Assembly (NCBI RefSeq): GCF_006345805.1
Contig: NC_043020.1
Coordinates: 25,668,001 to 25,732,000 of the forward strand
From: Octopus sinensis
Taxonomy: Eukaryota
Length of the DNA: 64,000 nucleotides
Reading direction: 5' to 3'
A program made the position numbers and the translations under genes. This document shows positions 1-11,807 of the stretch, piece by piece. Each line of letters begins with the position of its first letter. Positions within the stretch are counted from its first letter, which is position 1. The notes below the pieces were generated by a model. That model did no database searches. It worked only from the letters and a program-made list of their open reading frames with translations, and had not been told where the DNA came from.

Positions 1-604
1 GCTGAAAAATAAGCTTGTTTTCGTGAAAATTAAAATATAGTGCTTTTGTAGACAGAAACCATCAGTTTTATTAATGACCTACCGGGAACCGTTCCAGTTA
101 ATTATACATTATTAATTATATGTTTAATCTTAATGGGTTTACTTCTTTGTTCTATCCATCGAACATAGGCTTATCAATGTACACTCGCTAATATCTACTT
201 AGAATGATTTGTGTATATGTTATATCGCTGCCGCCACGTCTTTACATTATCGACATGGTGCCAATTCCAGCTGAAGATTTATCTGATCCAATTTTTATTT
301 GTTGTTTTCGTTTCAGTAACATTTTTCTTATTCTTCGACCAATTTTGAATAAACCGTTGAATAAATATTCTGTAAAATGTCATATCATTATTGAATGCAT
401 TCATTTCTATCTGTGGCCGCTCATTACTTATTAACATTCTTTCCTTTTCCTTCATCTTCCAAATTCATACGTTAATATATTATTCATACGTACATCTACA
501 CCGACCTTCACACACACACACACACACACATGTGTATATATATATGCGAATGTGTGGTAATATATATGCGGGTGCGTGTATGTATATGTATATATATATG
601 CCTA

Positions 605-643
<39 letters not shown>

Positions 644-817
644 ATATATATATATATATATGTCTCTGCGTGTATATATATTTATATATATGTATGTATA
701 TATATATGTATATATATACATATATATATATATATACTTACGTATATATATATATATATATATAAAAGTAAACAAATGGTACAACAAGGCACCGATATAT
801 ACAAAGGGAGAGGGACG

Positions 818-885
<68 letters not shown>

Positions 886-1948
886 TTAGATAATTTAAAC
901 AGGCGGAAAACATAAGATGCAATAAATCAGTGCATAGTAATCATTACGCGCACGAATTGACAGATATTTATTAAATCTTTTTCATAAACACTTTTCCAAA
1001 CAACATAAATGTCGCAGAATATTAACTTAAATGTCGCTGTGTATGTCCTACCCGCAATACGGAAGTGAGATTTTCTACGATTTCTAACGTCAGAGAATGT
1101 TTAGTTGTTATCAAGCACATTAAAGTCTAATTTAAAACGTGTCCACATTCGCATTCACTCGTGAAATTGTATAAACCATGAAAATTGCGCTTTAAATTAT
1201 CAATATTTGCCAATATCCAAATGAAACGATTGCTGCAGAATAAATTGACCTAACCCTAAATATGTTCAATACACGGTACAGCCAACATATGAAGACCTCC
1301 GAAATCGAAATTCCTGCCAGTCAAAATATTTAACGGCTTAAAAGATAATCTCATATTTTTCGACTGCCATAGTAGATAAGAAACCTACACCATCCACAAA
1401 CAAGGTATTGAAAATTGTAATTAATGTATCGCTGAAAAATAAGCTTGTTTTCGTGAAAATTAAAATATAGTGCTTTTGTAGACAGAAACCATCAGTTTTA
1501 TTAATGACCTACCGGGAACCGTTCCAGTTAATTATACATTATTAATTATATGTTTAATCTTAATGGGTTTACTTCTTTGTTCTATCCATCGAACATATGC
1601 TTATCAATGTACACTCGCTAATATCTACTTAGAATGATTTGTGTATATGTTATATCGCTGCCGCCACGTCTTTACATTTATCGACATGGTGCCAATTCCA
1701 GCTGAAGATTTATCTGATCCAATTTTTATTTGCTGTTTTCGTTTCAGTAACATTTTTCTTTATTCTTCGACCAATTTTGAATAAACCGTTGAATAAATAT
1801 TCTGTAAAATGTCATATCATTATTGAATGCATTCATTTCTATCTGTGGCCGCTCATTACTTATTAACATTCTTTCCTTTTCCTTCATCTTCCAAATTCAT
1901 ACGTTAATATATTATTCATACGTACATCTACACCGACCTTCACACACA

Positions 1949-1979
<31 letters not shown>

Positions 1980-2055
1980 CATGTGTATATATATATGCGA
2001 ATGTGTGGTAATATATATGCGGGTGCGTGTATGTATATGTATATATATATGCCTA

Positions 2056-2094
<39 letters not shown>

Positions 2095-2275
2095 ATATAT
2101 ATATATATATATATATATATGTCTCTGCGTGTATATTAATTTATATTATGTATGTATATATATATGTATATATATACATATATATATATATATACTTACG
2201 TATATATATATATATATATATAAAAGTAAACAAATGGTACAACAAGGCACCGATATATACAAAGGGAGAGGGACG

Positions 2276-2363
<88 letters not shown>

Positions 2364-2365
2364 CA
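1..2365. repeat. Local direct duplication with 1430-bp offset (1-885 repeated at 1431-2365)
   Basis: GCTGAAAAATAAGCTTGTTTTCG occurs at 1 and 1431. The copies are near-identical through the (CA)n, (TA)n and (GATA)n tracts and diverge after (GATA)n. Confidence 0.9.
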
Positions 2366-2986
2366 GATATCGAGCCAGTACTCAATATTATTACCCTGAT
2401 ATTCTATATTCTCTCAATGTCTTCCGTTTTCTCCCTATTTGGAGCTGTCTTCTCCTCCGCGCTATCCTTCATTCCCATTCTTCGAATAATCTTATCTTCT
2501 ATTCTTTTAATTTCCAATTTTTCAATTTAAATGATTTCGACTCGGTTTCATTCGTCGCAGGAGTAATCAAATTAGCTGTTTGCTTTGAAAAATTCTTTGA
2601 GATCTCAACATTAACTAAATTCATGTTTATATTAAGACGTTCGGTTGTTGTTTAATCCTTACTAACACGCGGTACGAAACGTCAAATTCTGAATAATATT
2701 AATGAAGGTTTACCTCTAATTAATCATAATACATAACATCGGCATTCATATTTACATCTATTGCGATCGATCTAAATGCCTATCTCTCTGTATAGCCACA
2801 CACACATACACACACACAGATACAGAGTTAGAATGAGGTAAAGGCTTTTCTGAAACAGATGTTACTATTCTTCATCGCGTTAATTATTACGTTCCGCTAA
2901 TTGCTGAAGTTTGCCTAACATCTAGGAGGTGCTAATTGACATAAATCTAGTCTTCATATAAATGTATGTATATATGTATGAATGTA

Positions 2987-3022
<36 letters not shown>

Positions 3023-3222
3023 TGTATGTATGTATGTATGTATGTACGTAAGTATGTATAATGTACGTGTTTATATGTATGTATTTATGCATGTATGTAT
3101 GTATGTATGTATGTGTGTATGTGTATGTATGTATGTATGTATATATGTACGTAAGTATGTATAATGTACGTGTTTATATGTATGTATGTATGCATGTATG
3201 TATGTATGTATGCATTTATGAT

Positions 3223-3304
3223 TCGGGTACAATAGAACAGGCCACTCTCAGTGTGTTAGGTCAGTTGTGTATAAAAGAAGTAAGGACAGGATAGCCTGAA
3301 GTCA
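3223..3304 (+). repeat. Short dispersed repeat (3' end of an unidentified retroposon) with (AAT)n tail; second copy at 12843-12930
   Basis: TCGGGTACAATAGAACAGGCCACT...GTGTATAAAAGAAGTAAGGACAGGATA aligns by eye with 12843-12930. Both run into (AAT)n. Confidence 0.7.
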
Positions 3305-3371
<67 letters not shown>

Positions 3372-3373
3372 TG

Positions 3374-3427
<54 letters not shown>

Positions 3428-3462
3428 TAAATAATAATAATGATAATAATAATAGTAACAAT

Positions 3463-3718
3463 AAGATGAAGATAGTGCCAATTATAGGTGGGTCCTTGGG
3501 AACAATATTAGAAGGCAGCAAAGGGAATATAAAGGAAATTGGAGCAGCGTGCCAAGTAGAACTGTTACAAAAGTGTTGCCTCCAAGACAGAGTTAGAATC
3601 TTCATGCAAGTATTAGATAGCCGAAAAGAATGGATAGCATTGTAACGAAGGCTGCAGGTAGCAAGCACGCTACACATATAAGACTCCAGGAGCTCCAACA
3701 AAACCTGTGATAAAGAGA
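3463..3718 (+). mobile_element. 3' fragment of a REL-endonuclease non-LTR retrotransposon (R4/Dong-like) inside (AAT)n
   Basis: 3463-3645 translates KMKIVPIIGGSLGTILEGSKGNIKEIGAACQVELLQKCCLQDRVRIFMQVLDS..., matching the PxVxGxLG...LQK..L....I...L C-terminus. AAT repeats lie on both sides. Confidence 0.7.
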
Positions 3719-3954
3719 AATAATAATACTAATAATTATAATAATTATAGTTTCCCACCAAATATCGATATTTTCAACGCAATATACTGGTTTTAAATCA
3801 TTATGCGAGAGAGAAAGGGGGATACGCTTCTATTATAACGGACACAGACAGACACAGACACACACACATATATAGATATATTTAATCTATACATATATAT
3901 ATATATATATATAGATGTATATGTTATATATATGTATATATATATGTATATATG

Positions 3955-3985
<31 letters not shown>

Positions 3986-4313
3986 ATATATTTATACACA
4001 CACCCATATATATATATATATATATATAAATTAATTAATAAGGGTGAGAGAATTAGATACTATTTAATATAGTAATTATATTCAACACCAAGTGGCCTAG
4101 TGCTACGAGAAACCTGGATTATTATAATATTTTATACATATTATAATATTTTTACAAAATAATATAAGAGAGTGGTCACTATATTGCTCACTCTAGCACC
4201 AGTTCATCCAAAGGTTTTCAAACCACGAAAATACATGTGTTCCCATGAAAGCCAGTACGACTGTTAGCTCACACGGACAGGGCAAATAAAAAAATAACAA
4301 AATACAGATTATT

Positions 4314-4390
4314 TTGGGACAATTGTTTCGCTATTAATGAATTAAATGTAATATTACTTACAAAAAATCCATTTGTAGCTCGTCAGCCAA
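4314..4390 (-). ncRNA. Type I hammerhead ribozyme (inverted array copy)
   Basis: Reverse complement reads TTGG-CTGACGA-GCTA..TAGC-GAAA-CAATTG-TC-CCAA. Confidence 0.85.
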
Positions 4391-5154
4391 GACTCTTGAT
4401 GAAATCCACTCAATCACACGCCAGATTTTACCATAACGATAATACGCGTGTGGTTCAATTGATTACATCCGACGTTATAATTCAAATGCCCCAACCAACA
4501 GCGCGCCAAACTTTCACGGAAAACAAATACAGCATTTAGAAATAAATGCAGCATAATTATAATTAATTAATAAGGGTGAGAGAATTAGATACTAATTTAA
4601 TAGTATATTTATTCAACACCAAGTGGCCTAGTGCTACGAGAAACCTGGATTATTATATATTTTATAACATATTATAATATTTTTACAAAATAAATATAAG
4701 AGAGTGGTCACTATATTGCTCACTCCTAGCACCAGTTAATCCAAAAGGTTTCAACCACGAAAATACATGTTTCCCATGAAAGCCAGTACGACTGTTAGCT
4801 CACACGGACAGGGCAAATAGAGCAATATAGTGACCACTCTCTTATATTTATTTTGTAAAAATATTATAATATGTTATAAAATATTATAATAATCCAGGTT
4901 TCTCGTAGCACTAGGCCACTTGGTGTTGATAAATATACTATTAAATTAGTATCTAATTCTCTCACCCTTATTAATTAATTATAATTATGCTGCATTTATT
5001 TCTAAATGCTGTATTTGTTTTTCCGTGAAAGTTTGGCGCGCTGTTGGTTGGGGCATTTGAATTATAACGTCGGATGTAATCAATTGAACCACACGCGTAT
5101 TTATCGTTATGGTAAAATCTGGCGTGTGATTGAGTGGATTTCATCCAGATAGTC

Positions 5155-5229
5155 TTGGCTGACGAGCTACAAATGGATTTTTTGTAAGTAATTACATTTA
5201 ATTCATTAATAGCGAAACAATTGTCCCAA
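5155..5229 (+). ncRNA. Type I hammerhead ribozyme, array copy 1
   Basis: Stem I TTGG/CCAA, core CTGACGA and GAAA, stem II GCTA/TAGC, palindromic stem III ACAATTGT. Predicted GUC cleavage after 5225. Confidence 0.88.
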
Positions 5230-5684
5230 AATAATCTGTATTTTGTTATTTTTTATTTGCCCTGTCCGTGTGAGCTAACAGTCGTACTGCTTTCATGGGA
5301 AACATGTATTTTCGTGGTTGAAACCTTTTTGGATTAACTGGTGCTAGAGTGAGCAATATAGTGACCACTCTCTTATATTTATTTTGTAAAAATATTATAA
5401 TATGTTATAAAATATTTAATAATCCAGGTTTCTCGTAGCACTAGGCCACTTGGTGTTGAATAATATACTATTAAATTAGTATCTAATTCTCTCACCCTTA
5501 TTAATTAATTATAATTATGCTGCATTTATTTCTAAATGCTGTATTTGTTTTCCGTGAAAGTTTGGCGCGCTGTTTGGTTGGGGCATTTGAATTATAACGT
5601 CGGATGTAATCAATTGAACCACACGCGTATTTATCGTTATGGTAAAATCTGGCGTGTGATTGAGTGGATTTCATCCAGATAGTC

Positions 5685-5761
5685 TTGGCTGACGAGCTAC
5701 AAATGGATTTTTTGTAAGTAATATTACATTTAATTCATTAATAGCGAAACAATTGTCCCAA
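5685..5761 (+). ncRNA. Type I hammerhead ribozyme, array copy 2
   Basis: Same intact motif; predicted cleavage after 5757. Confidence 0.88.
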
Positions 5762-6216
5762 AATAATCTGTATTTTGTTATTTTTTTATTTGCCCTGTCC
5801 GTGTGAGCTAACAGTCGTACTGGCTTTCATGGAAACATGTTTTTTCGTGGTTGAAACCTTTTGGATTAACTGGTGCTAAGAGTGAGCAATATAGTGACCA
5901 CTCTCTTATATTTATTTTGTAAAAATATTATAATATGTTATAAAATATTATAATAATCCAGGTTTCTCGTAGCACTAGGCCACTTGGTTTGAATAAATAT
6001 ACTATTAATTAGTATCTAATTCTCTCACCCTTATTAATTAATTATAATTATGCTGCATTTATTTCTAATGCTGTATTTTTTTTTTCCGTGAAAGTTTGGC
6101 GCGCTGTTGGTTGGGGCATTTGAATTATAACGTCGATGTAATCAATTGAACCACACGCGTATTTATCGTTATGGTAAAATCTGGCGTGTGATTGAGTGGA
6201 TTTCATCCAGATAGTC

Positions 6217-6293
6217 TTGGCTGACGAGCTACAAATGGATTTTTTGTAAGTAATATTACATTTAATTCATTAATAGCGAAACAATTGTCCCAA
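6217..6293 (+). ncRNA. Type I hammerhead ribozyme, array copy 3
   Basis: Same intact motif; predicted cleavage after 6289. Confidence 0.88.
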
Positions 6294-6745
6294 AATAATC
6301 TGTATTTTGTTATTTTTTATTTGCCCTGTCCGTGTGAGCTAACAGTCGTACTGGCTTTCATGGGAAACATGTATTTTCGTGGTTGAAACCTTTTGGATTA
6401 ACTGGTGCTAGAGTGAGCATATAGTGACCACTCTCTTATATTTATTTTGTAAAATATTATATATGTTATAAAATATTATAATAATCCAGGTTTCTCGTAG
6501 CACTAGGCCACTTGGTGTTGAATAATATACTATTAAATTAGTATCTAATTCTCTCACCTTATTAATTAATTATAATTATGCTGCATTTATTTCTAAATGC
6601 TGTATTTGTTTTCCGTGAAAGTTTGGCGCGCTGTTGGTTGGGGGCATTTGAATTATAACGTCGGATGTAATCAATTGAACCACACGCGTATTTATCGTTA
6701 TGGTAAAATCTGGCGTGTGATTGAGTGGATTTCATCCAGATAGTC

Positions 6746-6822
6746 TTGGCTGACGAGCTACAAAATGGATTTTTTGTAAGTAATATTACATTTAATCATT
6801 AATAGCGAAACAATTGTCCCAA
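6746..6822 (+). ncRNA. Type I hammerhead ribozyme, array copy 4
   Basis: Same intact motif; predicted cleavage after 6818. Confidence 0.88.
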
Positions 6823-7278
6823 AATAATCTGTATTTTTTGTTATTTTTTATTTGCCCTGTCCGTGTGAGCTAACAGTCGTACTGGCTTTCATGGGAAACA
6901 TGTATTTTCGTGGTTGAAACCTTTTGGATTAACTGGTGCTAGAGTGAGCAATATAGTGACCACTCTCTTATATTTATTTTGTAAAAATATTATAATATGT
7001 TATAAAATATTATAATAATCCAGGTTTCTCGTAGCACTAGGCCACTTGGTGTTGAATAAATATACTATTAAATTAGTATCTAATTCTCTCACCCTTATTA
7101 TTAATTATAATTATGCTGCATTTATTTCTAAATGCTGTATTTGTTTTCCGTGAAAGTTTGGCGCGCTGTTGTTGGGGCATTTGAATTATAACGTCGGATG
7201 TAATCAATTGAACCACACGCGTATTTATCGTTATGGTAAAATCTGGCGTGTGATTGAGTGGATTTCATCCAGATAGTC

Positions 7279-7354
7279 TTGGCTGACGAGCTACAAATGG
7301 ATTTTTTGTAAGTAAATTACATTTAATTCATTAATAGCGAAACAATTGTCCCAA
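7279..7354 (+). ncRNA. Type I hammerhead ribozyme, array copy 5
   Basis: Same intact motif; predicted cleavage after 7350. Confidence 0.88.
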
Positions 7355-7806
7355 AATAATCTGTATTTTGTTATTTTTTATTTGCCCTGTCCGTGTGAGC
7401 TAACAGTCGTACTGGCTTTCATGGGAAACATGTATTTTCGTGGTTGAAACCTTTTGGATTAACTGGTGCTAGAGTGAGCAATATAGTGACCACTCTCTTA
7501 TATTTATTTTGTAAAAATATTATAATATGTTTAAAATATTATAATAATCCAGGTTTCTCGTAGCACTAGGCCACTTGGTGTTGAATAAATATACTATTAA
7601 TTAGTATCTAATTCTCTCACCCTTATTAATTAATTATAATTGCTGCATTTATTTCTAAATGCTGTATTTGTTTTCCGTGAAAGTTTGGCGCGCTGTTGGT
7701 TGGGGCATTTGAATTATAACGTCGGATGTAATCAATTGAACCACACGCGTATTTATCGTTATGGTAAAATCTGGCGTGTGATTGAGTGGATTTCATCCAG
7801 ATAGTC

Positions 7807-7883
7807 TTGGCTGACGAGCTACAAATGGATTTTTTGTAAGTTATATTACATTTAATTCATTAATAGCGAAACAATTGTCCCAA
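7807..7883 (+). ncRNA. Type I hammerhead ribozyme, array copy 6
   Basis: Same intact motif; predicted cleavage after 7879. Confidence 0.88.
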
Positions 7884-8336
7884 AATAATCTGTATTTTGT
7901 TATTTTTTATTTGCCCTGTCCGTGTGAGCTAACAGTCGTACTGGCTTTCATGGGAAACATGTATTTTCGTGGTTGAAACCTTTTGGATTACTGGTGCTAG
8001 AGTGAGCATATAGTGACCACTCTCTTATATTTATTTTGTAAAAATATTATAATATGTTATAAAATATTATAATAATCCAGGTTTCTCGTAGCACTAGGCC
8101 ACTGGTGTTGAATAAATATACTATTAAATTAGTATCTAATTCTCTCACCCTTATTAATTAATTATAATTATGCTGCATTTATTTCTAAATGCTGTATTTG
8201 TTTTCCGTGAAAGTTTGGCGCGCTGTTGGTTGGGGCATTTGAATTATAACGTCGGATGTAATCAATTGAACCACACGCGTATTTATCGTTATGGTAAAAT
8301 CTGGCGTGTGATTGAGTGGATTTCATCCAGATAGTC

Positions 8337-8411
8337 TTGGCTGACGAGCTACAAATGGATTTTTTGTAAGTAATATTACATTAATTCATTAATAGCGAAC
8401 AATTGTCCCAA
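8337..8411 (+). ncRNA. Type I hammerhead ribozyme, array copy 7 (GAAA read as GAA)
   Basis: One A is missing from the GAAA core, either a real mutation or a consensus indel error. Confidence 0.7.
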
Positions 8412-8864
8412 AATAATCTGTATTTTGTTATTTTTTATTTGCCCTGTCCGTGTGAGCTAACAGTCGTACTGGCTTTCATGGGAAACATGTATTTTCGTGG
8501 TTGAAACCTTTTGGATTAACTGGTGCTAGAGTGAGCAATATAGTGACCACTCTCTTATATTTATTTTGTAAAAATATTATAATATGTTATAAATATTATA
8601 ATAATCCAGGTTCTCGTAGCACTAGGCCACTTGGTGTTGAATAAATATACTATTAAATTAATATCTAATTCTCTCACCCTTATTAATTAATTATAATTAT
8701 GCTGCATTTATTTCTAATGCTGTATTTGTTTTCCGTGAAAGTTTGGCGCGCTGTTGGTTGGGGCATTTGAATTATAACGTCGGATGTAATCAATTGAACC
8801 ACACGCGTATTTATCGTTATGGTAAAATCTGGCGTGTGATTGAGTGGATTTCATCCAGATAGTC

Positions 8865-8941
8865 TTGGCTGACGAGCTACAAATGGATTTTTTTGTAAGT
8901 AATATTACATTTAATTCATTAATAGCGAAAAATTGTCCCAA
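8865..8941 (+). ncRNA. Type I hammerhead ribozyme, array copy 8 (stem III C missing)
   Basis: Reads GAAAAATTGTC instead of GAAACAATTGTC; otherwise intact. Confidence 0.7.
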
Positions 8942-9399
8942 AATAATCTGTATTTTTGTTATTTTTTATTTGCCCTGTCCGTGTGAGCTAACAGTCGTAC
9001 TGGCTTTCATGGGAAACATGTATTTTCGTGGTTGAAACCTTTTGGATTAACTGGTGCTAGAGTGAGCAATATAGTGACCACTCTCTTATATTTATTTTGT
9101 AAAAATATTATAATATGTTATAAAATTATAATAATAATCCAGGTTTCTCGTAGCACTAGGCCACTTGGTGTTGAATAAATATACTATTAAATTAGTATCT
9201 AATTCTCTCACCCTTATTAATTAATTATAATTATGCTGCATTTATTTCTAAATGCTGTATTTGTTTTCCGTGAAAGTTTGGCGCGCTGTTGGTTGGGGCA
9301 TTTGAATTATAACGTCGGATGTAATCAATTGAACCACACGCGTATTTATCGTTATGGTAAAATCTGGCGTGTGATTGAGTGGATTTCATCCAGATAGTC

Positions 9400-9476
9400 T
9401 TGGCTGACGAGCTACAAATGGATTTTTTGTAAGTAATATTACATTTAATTCATTAATAGCGAAACAATTGTCCCAA
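9400..9476 (+). ncRNA. Type I hammerhead ribozyme, array copy 9
   Basis: Same intact motif; predicted cleavage after 9472. Confidence 0.88.
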
Positions 9477-9930
9477 AATAATCTGTATTTTGTTATTTTT
9501 TATTTGCCCTGTCCGTGTGAGCTAACAGTCGTACTGGCTTTCATGGGAAACATGTATTTTCGTGGTTGAAACCTTTTGGATTAACTGGTGCTAGAGTGAG
9601 CAATATAGTGACCACTCTCTTATATTTATTTTGTAAAAATATTATAATATTTTATAAATATTATAATAATCCAGGTTTCTCGTAGCACTAGGCCACTGGT
9701 GTTGAATAAATATACTATTAAATTAGTATCTAATTCTCTCACCCTTATTAATTAATTATAATTATGCTGCATTTATTTCTAAATGCTGTATTTTGTTTTC
9801 CGTGAAAGTTTGGCGCGCTGTTGGTTGGGGCATTTGAATTATAACGTCGGATGTAATCATTGAACCACACGCGTATTTATCGTTATGGTAAAATCTGGCG
9901 TGTGATTGAGTGGATTTCATCCAGATAGTC

Positions 9931-10007
9931 TTGGCTGACGAGCTACAAATGGATTTTTTGTAAGTAATATTACATTTAATTCATAAATAGCGAAACAATT
10001 GTCCCAA
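9931..10007 (+). ncRNA. Type I hammerhead ribozyme, array copy 10
   Basis: Same intact motif; predicted cleavage after 10003. Confidence 0.88.
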
Positions 10008-10197
10008 AATAATCTGTATTTTGTTTTTTTTATTTGCCCTGTCCGTGTGAGCTAACAGTCGTACTGGCTTTCATGGGAAACATGTATTTTCGTGGTTGAA
10101 ACCTTTTGGATTACTGGTGCTAGAGTGAGCATATAGTGACCACTCTCTTATATTTATTTATTTTATATATATATATATATATATAATATATATATAT

Positions 10198-10258
<61 letters not shown>

Positions 10259-10468
10259 CAGAAAATGGAGAAAACTTTTGATCAACAAACAAATTGATCA
10301 ACACATCGGTTATTATTTTTCAATATCAAGCTTTAACGTTGCTTACGGGCCGTTTCACCTGCCAATGTCAGTCGGTGCCTCCAAGGAAAATTTCTAAAAT
10401 AATATTCACCATATTTATTGCACTTCCGATCTAGGACATGGAACTTGGATCTGGACATGGATCTGGAC

Positions 10469-10651
10469 AGGGCGGCACCATACAGGCATGGAGCTTACAA
10501 ATATAATTTCAAGTGCAGGCTTTGCTTATTAGAGAAAATGCACATCTTATTCAAAGACAATAATTCTTTGAATCAAAGAAGTGAGTTAATGAACTTATGT
10601 AGGCACGCGGCTAAATTTAAAATGTCGAATATAAATATACCATATGGATAG
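10469..10651 (+). pseudogene. C-terminal fragment of a Penelope-like element GIY-YIG endonuclease region
   Basis: RAAPY...KCRLCLLEKMHIL...LNQRSELMNLCRHAAKF matches the PY-x-CxLCLxEK-x-I-x-LNxRxE-x-CRH-x-KF motif that ends many invertebrate PLE ORFs. Confidence 0.8.
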
Positions 10652-11589
10652 AGTATATATTTTGTATTTTGATTTTTGATTTTGATTTTGACTCTTGAGC
10701 GCTACGACGGATCTATAGCAAAGTCTTATTGTTTCTACATATAACTTTAGGAAAAACCTACAAACTTTGTTTTCATGTTATTGTATTGCATAGGATTACC
10801 TTGATTATTTATATTACCTTGATTATTTATAAATGACCCAAAATAGGATGTTATATTTTATTTTATATGTCTTTCGTATATATTTTTATTAATGCACCCA
10901 TTTTTTAAAAGCAATGTTTTTTAAAAAAAGCAATGTTGTCAAAATTAGAATGTTTTATATAGTACGTGTATAGCAAAGCATATGTATTTGTAAGCATGCG
11001 TATCTGTGTATGTGTAAGTGAAAGTATGCTTGTGCTTAAGCACGCATACACACGACGGTATGTATATGTATCAATTCAAACTTGTGTATGTATACTGGCC
11101 TCTATAGATGCCAATAACATCGCTACAAGTTTTTCCCCACCCCTCCTTCGTTCCTTTTTCTCTCTTTCCCTTTCTTTCGTTCCCCCTCCTTGCTCAGTAT
11201 ATGAGAATTGCTACATAGATGAATTTTAGCTTGCGTGCGAGACGGTTTGCGTGAATATATGTACACATGCTTTTATGTGTATAATTTAGATTCATATTCA
11301 TACGTCTGTATATGTATGTATGGCGTTTACGCGCATCCTTTTGTGTATGTTGATATATATATGTGGATTTTAATATAAATATGTATTGCAGTATTTATAA
11401 CAGGTTTAATTTCTATGCATTAATTTGTACTGTCTTCATTAACGGCAATAGGTTTTTTCCTCGGTTTTTTCCTCGGATTTTTAAATTTTTATAATTTTTA
11501 TAAGTTTTTTTATATATATATACATATATTTTTGACCTTTTTGTTTATCGCTCGAAGATTGACCGTTTTTTCTAAAGGGCCAATCAAAC

Positions 11590-11807
11590 AAGTCCATTTC
11601 TTTTTAAGGTGTAGCGTTTGTAAGAGTATAGATTGAATTAATATATAAGTTCCATTCTAGCAAAAACTGTCTGATGAACGGCAACGAGAAACTCAGAGTA
11701 ACAGATTTTGTTGAATTTTCTGCTGCTTAAAATAAAGCATATTACTCTACCACTGGTATGTGAGTACTCTTTTTTCCACCTTGTTTCACATTTATGTGTT
11801 TACTCCG

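Larger units (their letters stand above)
4028..10160. mobile_element. Tandem array of a ~532-bp hammerhead-ribozyme unit (retrozyme-like or Penelope pLTR-like): ~1.5 inverted units (4028-4819) plus 10 forward units (4820-10160), flanked by (TA)n
   Basis: GAGCAATATAGTGACCACTCTC recurs every ~530 bp from 4820 to ~10130. 4028-4819 is the reverse complement of the unit. Each full unit has CTGACGA...GAAACAATTGTC. Copies differ mostly by single-base indels. Confidence 0.92.

Noticed and set aside
4820-10160. Array read as CRISPR or as a coding repeat (ORFs 8714-8941 and 8844-9035; a ~56-codon MLHLFLN.. frame per unit)
   Set aside because: There are no unique spacers or cas genes and the context is eukaryotic. 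The ORFs are short, broken by indels between copies and lack recognisable motifs.
10341-10380. Minus-strand HHR-like string CTGACAT...GAAACGGCCCGTA
   Set aside because: The core is not CUGANGA, and neither stem I nor stem II can form. At best a decayed relic.
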